Below, piece after piece: positions 29,651 through 54,440 of a stretch of 64,000 nt of DNA. A model generated the notes under the pieces. It saw nothing but the letters and a program-made list of their open reading frames with translations. It was not told the origin of the DNA and did no database searches. The stretch is from Octopus vulgaris (Eukaryota). A program made the translations under genes and the position numbers. The stretch lies in assembly GCA_951406725.2 (NCBI GenBank), contig OX597825.1:33108001-33172000 (forward strand), in the 5' to 3' direction. The stretch's first letter is position 1, and every line of letters begins with the position of its first letter.

Positions 29651-30377
29651 AGATATACTTATTAAACATGTTACAGGAAAACACACATTATAAACACACA
29701 GAATAACATTATACATAGCAGCAGGGATGTTGTGGCTTTCATACGTTTTGCAATAGCATTAGTCGTGTGATGTTTCTATTGCTTAATTCATTCTACTGCT
29801 CTAATAATGATTTCTTCCTTTAAAACAAGGTCACAAACTTGTAGGGAAAAAGATATAATCGATTAAATCAATACTAGTTATATGCCAGATATTGATTTTA
29901 TTGATAAACTATAAGTTATTTAGTCCTACTTTCTATTACATTCAGCTAATTCTCTGTTTACAATGCCTTAACAACTACAATAACAATAACCTCAATAATA
30001 ATAATAATTCCAGTGAGCCAGTGAAAGTGCCTCAATGTTGTCATGAATTCTGCTAGAAATAACAGCCAAATCTCCCTCAAATTATACATTACCATATCTT
30101 ATAAAAATAAAAAGACACGTTAGTTAAAATGGTCCTGGATATTTTAAAATAAGACGAGACATTTGGAAGCACTTTGATCATTGTCTGTGGAATCAACAAC
30201 ACCATTCTAAATATACAGAAAATTTATTAGTTAAGCTAAGTTACAATTTTTTAAAGTCTGGTACTTACTCTCTTTTGCTGAACTGCTTAGTGACGGAGGA
30301 CATGAACACACAAACATTGGTTGTCAAGTGCAGTGTGTGGAGACAAACACACACACACATATCCATCTATCTATATT

Positions 30378-30612
30378 TTCTTATTTCTTTATTGCCCACA
30401 AGGGGCTAAACATAGAGGGGACAAACAAGGACAGACACATAGATTAAATCAATTACATTGACTCCAGTGCATAACTGGTACTTAATTTATTGACCCCAAA
30501 AGGATGAAAGGCAAAGTCAACCTCAGCAGAATTTGAACTCAGAACACAGCCGCAGGTGAAATACCACAAAGCATTTCGCTCGGTGTGCCAACGCTTCTGC
30601 CAGTTTGCCGCC
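30378..30612 (-). mobile_element. SINE family B
   Basis: Reverse complement of 25192-25420. Confidence 0.8.
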
Positions 30613-30789
30613 TTTCTATCTATCTATATTTTCTACCCACTGGGTGTGAGAGTAGAGTGCTCCAGAACCTCCTCCATAGTATCCTATCAGCAGCAACCAT
30701 TATTAGACTTTTTAGCCAGATTTCTAAGCATGACCATCTGAGACTAAGAATATTATGCAACCATCTGCAGGGTGTTTGATGATATTTTA

Positions 30790-31340
30790 TGTCTCCTTTT
30801 TCAGGAACAGCTTGGTGTATTGGTGAACAGTCAATAGTGTTGGAGAGCATAAATGTTAAAGTTGCTGTTGAGAAAAAGTCAGCTGACATGGAGGACTGGA
30901 AACTATCTGAATATGAGAAAAGAGTTACCTGTATCATAATGATTCACGCAGGGTGTCAAAATGCCAAAATCCTGACTGCTGCTCAATGCTCTGCGAACAC
31001 GGTAAAGGCTGCAAGATGTGACATGAACATCATGAGAACCAACTTTCCCCAAACTGTGATGTTCCAATGAGGGTGTGTGTCTCCAATGAGGGTAATGTCA
31101 TACAGCTCCACACCTCTGTACAGGACCTTAAACTCAATTTAGACAGCTATGTGAAGCTATTGAAGATTGTTGTTAATCCTTGGCTGCAGCTAGAAAGCTA
31201 TATGTGTGGCAGCAGGATTCAATTCCTTACCATACCTCTAGAATGAGCCAGAAGTGATTGTTAAAGAATTTCAACAACTTCACCAGCCCCAATTTCTGGC
31301 CTCCTAAATCCAAAGATCATTACATGTGGGATGTGATTGC
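30790..31340 (+). mobile_element. Decayed Tc1/mariner transposase
   Basis: RTNFPQTVM; YVWQQDSIPYHTSRMSQ; FWPPKSKD (WPP.SPD-like); multiple stops. Confidence 0.65.
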
Positions 31341-31399
31341 GTGATAATCATACGCTGTGGCTGCCTGGAATATTCAGATCACAAGACACACAGAAATAC

Positions 31400-33120
31400 A
31401 GCACAAATTTAACCTAAATGACTGTCAAGAATTAGTGTTGCACTGGGATGGAATGCTACACCCAGCACTCACTGACTGGCAATAATAGTAACTTTTCAAG
31501 GCAAGGAGTAATTGTTGGGAGTCCCTGAAATTCCAACATCTTCAGAACAGCAAGCCATGGCTGTTTACCAAGCAGTGGAGATGTAGAGTATAATCAACAA
31601 AATTCAGGAACTTTGCTGTGATACAACAGCAAGCAACACAACTCAAGTAAATGGTCCCTGTAAAATTTCTAGAAAAATTGTTCAATCATGACATGTTGTA
31701 CTTCCCTTGCTGTTATCACATTTTTTGAGTTAGTTTTTAGGAGCTGTTGGGTGCAACTTCTGGTTCAAACATGACGTTTTTCAAAAGTTTTAGAGAAACC
31801 TGGAAGAAATTCAACAAGGTTTACATTACTAGTAGCAATGAGGTACCTGATGATGTCCATTCTACCATTCTTGGGTTTCTTCAATATCACCTTTCTACAC
31901 AGAAACGACAAGATGATTACTGAGAATTGTTGAAGTTAACAATTTTTCTTAGAGGCATTCCAAAGAATGAAATATCATTTCATACACCAAGAGCAGTAAA
32001 TCATGTCAGATAGATGTCAAAAACAATTTATGTATTCAAGATATACCTCTTTCAAGAAAAATTTCAATTATCTCCTGGGGAGAAGAACTCTTTAAAAAGG
32101 ATATGTATTTTTCTTGCTTGAGCATACATTTGAACCTGGTTTCTGTTATTAGAAGCAATTAAAATACCTTATCATGATTTCCTATTCATATCCAGAAATC
32201 AGTAAGGCTGCTGTGAAAAAAAATTTTCCATCTCTGGTACTTAGCTCCCGAAACAGTGGCTCTATCCATATTTGATGAGAATGTTCCAACAGAGGTTAAA
32301 GCAAATATTGCTCAAGTTATGCTGGAAGCAGACAAAGGTGAAGAAGAGGAAGAAGAAAAAAATCAACTGAAGAGGCACATTCTGCACCAAAATGACTTCT
32401 CTTCCTTTACAAACATTGAGTTTTTGTCTTATGTAACTCCTGGTACAAAAACTTTTCTTCATGAGATTTTCTATCAGCACTGATTTCCTTGACAAAGACC
32501 CTTCGACATGGAAGGATGATCTGGTTACAAAAGTAGACATGGAGGTGTCAAATTCTTTCAGGATTACAATAACATTCTCACAAAAGATGAAACTAAGAAA
32601 CAATTTGTTTTACAGATCGTTACCGAAAACCATAACCCATACCCAACTGCCACTAAATATTCTCTTATGGAGAAATAATGTTCAATATTCAGTGTTCACA
32701 TTGTTTTTGATTCTATAGAAATTATTGTTGTAAATAAAAATTGTTTCTCTTACAGAAGTTGTGTGCTTTATTAAGAAAACCTGATATTTCTTAAGTTTTC
32801 ATGTTATTTCAGAAATTTTTCAAAATTAACTATTGGTAAATTTGATTCAGAATGTTTTTAAACATTTTTTGGGATTGCCTGCAAGTGTCCACATAAATTT
32901 CTCTAAGAAGAAAAAGGAAAAGGGTCAAGATAGAGAACAGTATACCGTTTTTGAACAGAATTAACCATTGCGTATACTATGTTCCAGCTTCAAGGCATTT
33001 GAGGGTCGCCTAGCAGTTGTTCAATTGCCCTGAAATTTTGCACACATGGGTTTTCTTGTTGATTGGAACAGGATTATGGGTTGGAAGCAGCAAAATTTTA
33101 ACTTTCCAAAAATTACCTAT
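31400..33120 (+). mobile_element. Decayed hAT-related (hATm-like) transposase with downstream end region
   Basis: LHWDG, LLGVPEI, CCDTTASNT, PCCYHIFEL, RQDDY*ELL, HVR*MSKTIY, HLWYLAPETVALSIFD in broken frames. Confidence 0.6.
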
Positions 33121-33122
33121 TG

Positions 33123-33167
<45 letters not shown>

Positions 33168-33204
33168 TCACACACAGACATATATATATGTATGTATGTA
33201 TATA

Positions 33205-33236
<32 letters not shown>

Positions 33237-35877
33237 CACAATGGGTGTCTTTCAGTTTCTGCCAACAAGATATTCACTAACGAGGCTTTAGGTTGCCCAA
33301 GGCTATAGTAGAAGACACTTACCCTAAATGCCACACAGAGGGAATGAACCTAGAACCATGTGGTTGGAAAGCAAACTTCTTACCACACAGCCATGCTATA
33401 TAACTAATGAATATCTAGAAAATTTAACAACAAAGTGTTAGGAAATTTTATATAAATACTTTATTGTATATAATGTATTGTTAAAAAACATGACAACAAT
33501 ATGCTACAAATTAATCTAAGTATGTCTAGAAAAGTGATTTAACTGATACTGTGTTTTCCAGCATACAGGATGACATAGTATAAACATTCAAACATTGTCA
33601 CTAGCTTCCCAAATCCTGTTGCATTTCATGTGGAATTTTAGATCCTACAAAGTCATTTTGGTGAGTAAGTCAACCAACCTATATTTTGCTATAAATTTCC
33701 ATCTGAAAAATTCAACTTGCATGCTGGAAGAAAATAGTGTTACTGAAACGTTGCTTGTGAAAGATATGAAAAGTGTAAACAACAGTGAGAAAAACCAAAG
33801 ATCTGAATTTTTTCAAATAAAAAAAATATCCTGTGTAGTCATCTGACGTAAATTTATACACAACAAAACTTCACAGTGGATAAAAAAAAAATACATACCA
33901 TATTTTCTAGCACACAAGTCAAATTTTTCAGACCAAAATTTACAATTAAAAAAGGTAGGTTGACTAATGTACCAAGATGGTTTTGGAGAACCAAACATTC
34001 CATGTAAAAGAATTTGGAAAGATAGTGACGATGTCTGAATATTTACATTATATACTACATCAACTTGTATGCTGGAGAAAAAATGGTAAACACATTCTTC
34101 CAAAGATATTATGCTGTACATCAATAGTAAAGAAAAAATGTGTTTCGTACTTGACATTCTTAGTTCACCCCACAATGATGTTTTGTAATATTTAAATGTA
34201 GTTCAGGTTTTCTAATTAATGAGTGTTGTTTTTTTTAAATAGATCCTGCGTCACTAATCTTGCCCTTCCCACACATTATTGCCTCTCAAAAAGATCGGGT
34301 AAAACTCACATCTAAAACAGTAAAGCAAGCATTCCAGATAGTATCCAGAGAAAGGACATTCAACTAGCATAAAGTCACACACCGACACACTCCAACCTTC
34401 TCTGCCTTTTCGCTTAAAATGGTTTATGTTTGGTGTAATATTCTAACGTTTTAGGATTCTTTACAAGTAGCGAGTTATCTCCCTTGCACATCTTCGTTAA
34501 CGATACAAGACAAGGACTGTCAACACTTGGCGATTTACTGCAATGTGAAGGGCTGAGTTTCTTGGCCTGATGTTCCTTGTGGTACATAATAATTTCTGAC
34601 ACTTGATACGTTGCGTCCCTTTGATCTACGAACTATATTACCTGAATAGTAGTCGAATGGATAGGCTCAGCTTCTGACTTACAAAAATAAGACATTTATT
34701 AAGTACACCTAATTCACTCCTCCCATTACCTATACTGTATCTAACTCCAAGGTCACTGCACTAACTACTTCATTCTGTCCTTCTTCCTTATAACACCAAC
34801 CCTCTGGAATTCTCCCTCTCTCTCTCTTCTTGAAATCATTGACTTTCAACAGATTAAGCAGAATCATTTATAGCATAGCCTTGATATACTTGATCTGATT
34901 CAGAAAATAATTGAAATAACACATCCAATAACTACAACGCTGAGATAATGAGAGAAAGCCTCTATGTAGTAACTCATCCTACTAGAAATAGCAGTCAAAT
35001 CTCCTGATTCAAACCCCATCCTACAATCTTAAAAAAAGGAAGAGTCATTGGATCTAAAAAAAGACAGATTGCCAAAGATGGAACCAGATGCTGGAGCAAG
35101 GCTGGGCAACAATAACAACAGCAATACCATCTCCTATAAGTTTAATATTTTATTTGGATATTTTGAAGGTTCCCAAAGTAGCACTGTTAAAAAGGTTTGT
35201 CTTCTAGCAACGCTGAATCTCTGAGTGACCCAAGCTGGCAATATGAAAGATGGAAAAACAAAAGAGAAAAATCTAGATAACATATAGATACAAATGACAA
35301 AGAAAGAGATCAGGATTTAGAGTTGCAAAATGTATTTGCAGCTAAGATATGACTAACTTTCTGAATGGAGAGGTTTTTTTGGTTTTTTTCCCCTAAAACA
35401 AGGTCTCAAGATAAAATAGAGTTTGTTATTGGTAGGCAGTGGAAGCTTCACAACTATGAATTTAACAAGTGTTTCATTATTTTGCGGAGTTGAAATGATT
35501 ACGATTAAAATGAGAGAAGAAACTTTGGAAAAACAGCTAATTTGACCACGAGATATTATGAAAAATAATGATGTATTGAAATCCCTCCTACTTTTCTACT
35601 AGAGGCACAAGGCCTGAAATTTTAGGGGAGGGAGCAAGTTGATTACATCCAGCCCCAGTGTTCAGTTGATATTTATTTTATTGACCCCAAAAGGATGAAA
35701 GGCAAAGCTGATCTCAGCAGCATTTGAACTCAGAATATAAAGCCAAAGAAATGCTGTGAAACATTTCATCCAGCATATTAATGATTCAACAAGCTTACAA
35801 CCTAATATTGTCGTATCGAAATATTAACAGTAACATTTTGAAGTTACACAAATGGTAAAGTATTCTAAAAAAATAAC

Positions 35878-35883
35878 TTTATT
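35878..35883 (-). promoter_or_regulatory. Candidate XPA polyadenylation signal AATAAA
   Basis: tttatt on + strand about 465 nt past the XPA stop, in unique AT-rich sequence. Confidence 0.4.
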
Positions 35884-36348
35884 TAAGAATTACGTCTACA
35901 AGACATTATAAAAAATCTCACCCAGACATTATAAAAATCTCACCCAGCAAAACAAAGAAAGAAGAAAAACAATTTTTTATGACCAAATAAACAAGAATTG
36001 ATGGAAGAAGATATATTTCAAATGTCATCTCATCATTGGTCTAATTACACCGTTAATCCAGTCACACCAGATTTAATTAAACTATTCATATCAAGGGGTT
36101 ACGCCAGTACATGCTTTATATCATTATCGTTATCATGTCACTAGACTGCTTAAGTAGTGAATGCTATTACATTATTTGTCTCATTGTATCATTGACACAG
36201 TTATTTCATTCACTTGCTTTTCATCTCAACTTTAACCCCTTGACTTTGTTACACAGTTTGACTTTATTACAAGTCTAGATCCATTAATGCTTCAGTGACA
36301 GTAATGGCCCTAGCTATATCTCTGGACCCTGATACATAAGTGCCCTTG

Positions 36349-47048
<10,700 letters not shown>

Positions 47049-47199
47049 TTCGTCAATATATCAACGACTCGCTCAAACACACACCCTTCACACTGGTGCC
47101 ACTCTCCTAATAAAGGTCGATGTCACAATCGCTGATAATATAATTCGTTTTTCTAAAGGCAGCAAGATAGCAGAATCGTTAGCACATGGGACAAAAATG

Positions 47200-47360
47200 G
47201 GTACTACTTAAGAAGGGTTGTCCCGGTGCGCGCATCCGCGCTAGCTACTCGTGACTAGTCGATCCTTACTTTCTGTTTTTGTGTTTTATTTACTTTGTGT
47301 TTTTTGTGTTTTATTTACTTTGTTTAAAAAAAATGATTTACTTTGTGTAAAAAAAATTAT
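47200..47360. mobile_element. Half copy of the same MULE-like MITE upstream of XPA
   Basis: Same TIR ggtactacttaagaa...tcccggtgcgcgc and the same tttactttg internal repeats. Confidence 0.8.
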
Positions 47361-48170
47361 GGACCTTTTCGGTTTGAACGGCAGTTTTTTCTAGCGGTGT
47401 CATATGAAATTGTCACCCATAATTATGACCCTAGTATCGATCTATTGCATTTCAATCTGTTTTAGGGTTGGGGTTAGGGGTGGGGGAAAGGGTATCTTTT
47501 TTTTCTTCAGAAATGTAAATAAACCCAATCTGTTTCTTAAACGAGGGACATATTCATCCGACACAGAATGTTTTCACCTCAATAGACGTCATTGATTGGT
47601 TGAAATTGCAGAAATTGAAGAAAAAAAACAACAAATATCATACAAACTATAGAATTTTCTCAATAAAGCCAAGAGAAAAAGATGTTGGATCTTTTCCTTT
47701 TGAACGTCAGATGTCAACACAATTTCTAGTAAACTAAACACTTTTAAACTTCGTATACTGGTAGAATGTGTTTATAAAACATCATTTTTTCTTGGCTTTA
47801 TTGAGAAAATTCTATAGTTTGTAAGATATTTCGAGCATTTCGGCAATTTTAACCAATCGCTCACCTCCATTTCGGGTGAAAAGATTCTGTGCTGTATGAA
47901 TATGTCCCTTCTTTAAGAAACAGATTGGGTTTATTTACATTTGCGAAGAAAAAAAGATACCCTTCCCCCACCCCTAACCCTAATCCTAAAATAGATTGAA
48001 ATGCAATAGATAGATACTAGGGTCATAATTATGGGTGACAATTTCATACGACACCGCTATGGAAAATGGGATTTTTTTCTAGCGGTGTCAAATGAAAATG
48101 TCATCCATAATTATGACCCTAGTATCGATCTATTGCATTTCAATCTATTTTAGGATTAGGGTTAGGGTGG
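47361..48170. mobile_element. Three fragments of a second DNA-element family (GGATCTTTTC ends, TTAGGG-like tract) forming a large inverted repeat
   Basis: About 47391-47685 is the imperfect reverse complement of about 47778-48059; third partial copy at 48068-48170. Confidence 0.75.
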
Positions 48171-48774
48171 AATAACTTTTTGATAACATCTTGTATGTAA
48201 AGATTTTATTTAGTGTCTGACAGTGATGTTGTTGAAACATGGTCTACAGTATGTGAGCACCACATTTAAGAACACAAAATGAAATATTTAGAAAGGTGTG
48301 GCTGTGTGGTAAGAAGTTTGCTCCCCAACCACATGGTTCTAGGTTCAGTCCCACTGCATAGTATCTTGTATTCTTTCTTGCTTAACAGAACTTTTGTCTT
48401 TGCTACAGATCATTAGACCTTCAATTCTTAGCCTTTTTCCCACTTTTGGAACTTTCCTTCTAATTCCTTGATTGATACAGCAGTGAAAATTAAGTCACTG
48501 ATATCCAAGAATCCCTAAGGATAACTGGTCTTGAACTCTGTTATGGTCTGGAAAACAATAAATAGGAGGGGCTGCGAACCAAACCCTGAGGGACACCTCC
48601 CTGCATTCTAACTTCCTCACTGAATTTATTGCTATACATGGCCCCTATACATGACTCACAAGTCATTCATTTACATGAAATTTTCTTCATGACATCAGAC
48701 TACAGTGCAAGGTACTATGTCAGAAGTCTCCTCCAAATCAACGAATGCTAATCTTAGTGGCTTTATCATATCTC

Positions 48775-49183
48775 TCTCTCTTTACTCTTTTACTTGTTTC
48801 AGTCATTTGACTGTGGCCATGCTGGAGCACCGCCTTTAGTCAAGCAAATCGACCCCGGCACTTATTCTTTGTAAGCCTAGTACTTATTCTATCGGTCTCT
48901 TTTGCCGAACTGCTAGGCGACGGGGACGTAAACACACCAGCATCGGTTGTCAAGCAATGCTAGGGGGACAAACACAGACACACAAACTCACACACACACA
49001 CACATATATATACATATATACGACAGGCTTCTTTCAGTTTCCGTCTACCAAATCCACTCACAAGGCATTGGTCGGCCCGAGGCTATAGCAGAAGACACTT
49101 GCCCAAGATGCCATGCAGTGGGATTGAATCCGAAACCATGTGGTTGGTAAGCAAGCTACTTACCACACAACCACTCCTGTGCC
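48775..49183 (-). mobile_element. SINE family A
   Basis: Full-length reverse-complement copy. Confidence 0.85.
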
Positions 49184-52100
49184 TTCTAGGAACTTCTCCT
49201 GAAGTCAGTGGTTCCACATTCAAGCACAAATCTAACCTATATTTCATTCAAGTTAATTCTCTTCATGTTTAGCTGCACTAGAATTTCCTCAGCTATTTTC
49301 ATGACATGCTTCATCAATCTGATTGTCCTTCTAGTGGAGGCACAAGGCTCATTGGTTAGAGCATCAGGCTCGCTATCATGAGGTAGTGAGTTCGATTCCC
49401 AGATCAGGCTGTGCGTTGTGTTCTTGAGCAAGACACTTTATTTCATGTTGCTCCAGTTCACTCAGCTATAGAAATGAGTGGTGACATCACTGGAGCCAAG
49501 CTGTATCGGCCTTTGCCTTTCCCTGGATAACATCAGTGGAAAGAGGAGACTGGTAGGCATGGGTGACTGGTGGTCTTCCATAAACAACCTTACCTGGACT
49601 TGTGCTTCAGAGGGGAACTTTCTGGGTGCAATCCTATGGTCATTCATGACCAAAGGGGGTCTTTACTCTTTTCTAGCTATTGATAAAATGATACTGCTAA
49701 ACAAGTCATTGGGGATAACATCTCCCTGCACTACCTGATTAAAATGCAAGTAATTAGCAAGTATCCTAATTCTCCTGATAGTTTCAAGATTTCAGGAACA
49801 ATTCCTTCCCCTAATAGTACTTTCAGCTTCATTAGACAGTAATATTTCTGTTGGGCCACCTGAGGTAATTTTTCTTTATTTAGCAACATTCAAAACAATA
49901 TTTCCGTGAGACAGTAAAAGTGCCATTATCATTTCATAGGGATCTCACTGACACGTCCTAATTCACACTGATGTACAGTCCTATAACCAGAAGCCCCACA
50001 AGCCTCTCATCTTCAGCTTTTCTTCTTACTAGATATGCTTCACATCTAACAACCTGATATCATTTCTTGCACCGTACCTGCCTTTTTTTTTTTTTTTTTT
50101 TTTTTTTTGGTATTCCTTCCAGTCCTGTCCCCTATGAGATGGCACTTTATGACTCTGCTGCCATTCCATCATCATGAGAGTACCAACCTAGCTATAAATC
50201 TTATTCACTTTATAGATCTGTTTTCTGACTCACAGCTGCTGGTCTCAAAGGTTTAGTTGTCCTTTGTCGTAAATCTCTCCCCCTCATAATAAACATTATC
50301 TAAAACTATTTGCAAACTATATTCTGTAGCTCAGTATTTTTCCTCTGTTTATTAAACCAGACTTGATGGAATCTCACAGGATCTTTCATTTGTTTCAGTC
50401 GTTAGACTGTGGCCATGATGGAGCACCACTCTGAAGGGTTGTCAAAAAAATTGCCCCAAGTACATATTTTCTTTTAAGCCTGATTACTTATTATCTCTTT
50501 TGTCTACCTGCTGTTATGGGGATGTAAACAAACCAATACTGATTGTCAAATGGTGGTAGTGGGGGTCAACTAACAGACAGAAAGGTACACACACACACAC
50601 ACACAACAGGCTTATTTCAGTTTCCTTCAACCAAATCCTCTCACAAAGCTCTGATCAGCCTAGAGTTATAGTAGGTGACAGCCCAAAGTGTCATGCAGTA
50701 GGATTGAACCCAACACCACACAGTTGGGAAGAAAGTTTCTCAACGCAGTTTCAACTGTGCCTGTATGGGGAACTTTTTCTTGTTGGATTCGTCCACTGCA
50801 GGACGAAAGCCTCAATATGTTCTCTCCACCCAACCATGGACTGCCATGGAGGCTGTGAATTTGAGCTTGAGATCAGACTGGTTCAGCCACACCAGCTTGA
50901 CAGCAGATTTTATTCTTCTTGTTTTTCTTTTTTTGTATTCATATCCAGTAGTTAAGTTGATGGCACTTGCCATCATCCCTCTCTCGCTCTTACCTACTCA
51001 CTCTTCCTTTTACTTTTCCCTCTGGCTGAGTAATCATATACTTCCTCTACAGCAACAAACTCGTTTCTACCCTCATTCTTGATCACTCTCTCTCCCCACT
51101 TCTCTTGCTCTTACCTCTGGCTAGATAACCATATATCTCCTCTACAGCAGCACAACTCTTTCTTGTTAATTCCCCCGCTCTCTCTGAATAACCCTGTCTC
51201 TCCTCTTCAGCAGCACACCTGTTCCTTACCCTCATTCTCTTTCTCTCCCTCTCTCTGGCTGCGTAACCATGTAACTCCTCTACTGCAAGACATCTGTTTC
51301 TGTCTCTGTTACATTAGCCTTTTGTCATCAGACACAAGATCACCTCCTCTCCTTTCAAAGATCCCTTGTCTTGCAAAGTTACTTGGTGCCCTGCTAGTGC
51401 AGGTGCCACTTAAAAAGCATCCAATCCACACTGTAAAGTGGTTGGCATTTGGAAGGGTGTCCAACTGTAAAAACCATGCCAAAACAGACCTCTCCTGTGT
51501 GAGTGCTACATAAAAAAAAAAAACACTCAGTCCACTCTGCAGAGTGATGGATGTAAGGAAAGGCATCCAGCTGTAAAACCATGCCAAAACAGACACAGAA
51601 GCATGGCGCAGGCTCCTGTCAAACCATCCAACCCATGCCAGCATGGAAGAACATTAAACGATGATGATGATGAACATAAGGCCACACAGTATACTGCTAA
51701 GCATTTTGCTTAGCATACTAATGATTCTGCCAGCTTGCTGCCTTATGTTTCTTATATGAACGATTAATCTATTTGGGATGTTATCACCAAACACAATTCT
51801 CACTCAATTCTCATGTTCAATGCAATGAGTTTCTTAGGCATCAAGAGTAAAAATTTCGTAATATTTTACTTAAGTTCAAAATAATCAATGATTTTTATTT
51901 CTTTTTTATTATTTTTTTTTATATGTATTTATTTGATATGCATTATTTATTTGACAAGGATTGAATACAATTCCTATATTTAACAAAGGTAATTGTATCA
52001 CAACAGAATTATACAGCAAACCTAGATGAGTTTTCTGTTACATCATGGTTTAAAAAATATTTATTAAAATATTTAAGAATTAAAATATTTATTACATAAT

Positions 52101-54440
52101 CATAAGCAAAGAAATTTATAATTTCATTAAGAGTAACCTGCCTGTAACCATTTATTTAAATACCTGGTGGTGTTATAAGTGTAACTTTGATATTTTAGTC
52201 ACTCTCAATGCCGGTGGCCATACCTGTTGCAGACTATATCTAATGACAGACAAGTAACAAAGTTCTTGGTGAATAATCAGCATTTTTTCCCATCCACTTC
52301 CCATGCTGCTGGCATGGATTCAACAAGATGAGTTGAAAGATCTCATTCATAAGCTTCATTTTTGGTTTGGTTTCTCTGATTGGATCCCTTTCTAACACCA
52401 ATCCTTTTACATACTGTATTAAGTATATTTTTTTTCCATAACACCAGCATTAAAGAGATAGTCACTGAAGACAAAAGGGACTTCTGAACCCCACATTTAA
52501 CAGTGTACTGAATGCAGTTTATTATGGCACCCAAATTATAGAGATTAGGTGAGTTTAACATTGTGTGTCATTCATGAGATGTTCAGTCTGACAGTGCACA
52601 TTTTTTGTAATGTAGAGTGAATGTTAAAAACTTGTTATAAACTGATCAGCACATTTTCTTATGTTTATTACTACACATTGCACCGGCATTATATGTCATC
52701 TGTTCATTGACATACAAGCTAGAGTATGATTGGAAGTATGTATGAAAATTTTTGATGTAAAACAAAAATGAATGATAAAAATGCACACATCTAAAGCATA
52801 CATTATGAAACAGAAAACACAGTGAACATGAAACTGTCCAAAGACACATTCATTTTGCAAATGTACTTTCCATTCATTCAGTTTGCATTTTGAAATATTT
52901 GGGGAATTTCTACATTTACATGCACACATTTTCACAATTATACTCTGTAGTTTATTATGGTGAAAAAGCTTCCTCTAATTTTTAGTAGTCAGTTTCTACC
53001 AAACTCTTATGATGTGCAAATCTGTTCCTTGCAACAAAAATATATACATTGTAAAATTTTAATTTCGTATAATTGACAATACTATATTATATTCAGTAAC
53101 TTGTGCTCACATCAGTTTCTTGTGTTAGCACTAGTTGCAACATATGTCGCCACACACACACCTTAAAAAGAATAAGTGCTCTAATCTAGTATTGCTAATA
53201 ATTAAACACAACTTCTAGCATAAAGATGATTAATATCAAAATCAAATTTACAGATTAAGATTGTTCACAACAAATTATTTTCTAAGAATTCTTTTTAAAC
53301 CCCTTCACTTATTATTAGCAGGCCTCAAAACCCAAATTTTGCTTCTAAAATTGCATTAAATATATCATAATATGCACTTTTCATACAAGTAGATAAGTAA
53401 TTTCTAATTTCAAAATTAATTAGAAGTTACTTTGAATAAAAAAATAAAACACTTTTCAATATATATATATATGTATATATATATAAAATTTTTAAATGTT
53501 TTATTTTTTATTCATAGTAATTTTTGATTAAAGTTTTGAATAGCATGCAAATTATATATATATCTACACACCATGGCCAAGTCAATAAGATAACAGAAAG
53601 AACTACAGTATTAAGATATTATATATTGGTATTGGTGCTGCACTGTGTCCATGAATAAGACAATTCTCAATCATCTTTAGTTGACCTCGTTGTAAATCCG
53701 TACGAAAAAGACAAATAATCCACTGTTGGAAGCAGTAACAGCACTGGAAAATCATAAAGATTTTTGTTTATGCAGAACTGAATTCAAATTGTGTGGATGT
53801 AGGCAGAAAGGAACTGGGATCACTGGTCTCATTTATAGATCAAGCATTGGCTACCTTATTGATTGATAACTCTAAAAGGTCAAGCCACTGACTTGACCTT
53901 TTGACATCAGATGAATTGTCAAAGGAGGAAGAATATGAACAGCACCTGAGAGAATGTTGAGTCATCATTCTGACTTTTAACATTAAAAAAAAGTTTTATG
54001 TAGCATTAAACGGAAGCAAAACAGAACTTCCTTTCTTGATAAGTTGCTCATCTCTCAGAGGCAACTTCACTCGAAAAACCCGGCACTTATTTTCATACAA
54101 CTGAAGATCAACTGAAAGTATGAAGAATTAGAAATCTTTCTCATGGACACAATGAAACATTTAGAATAGATATATAAATTCATGAAGTAGTTGTTTGATT
54201 CCTTGGTACCCTATTTTCTTGTCCATTATGCTTCATATAAACACCAAAAATTTAAAAAAAAAAAGAAACAAAGATAACCTGTTCATTTTATATCCACTGG
54301 AATTTTCTAATTAATTTTCATACATTACAAAGAAAATTTAACTCTTCAAAGTAAATATTCTTTTTTTTTGTTGTTGTTTGCGTTCTTTTCTACATTTATT
54401 TAATTCTTTGTACAATTGTCACACACAAGCTGATCCCAAA

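Noticed and set aside
47461-47486. Interstitial telomere
   Set aside because: Only 2-3 imperfect TTAGGG-like units, embedded in a repeated DNA-element family.
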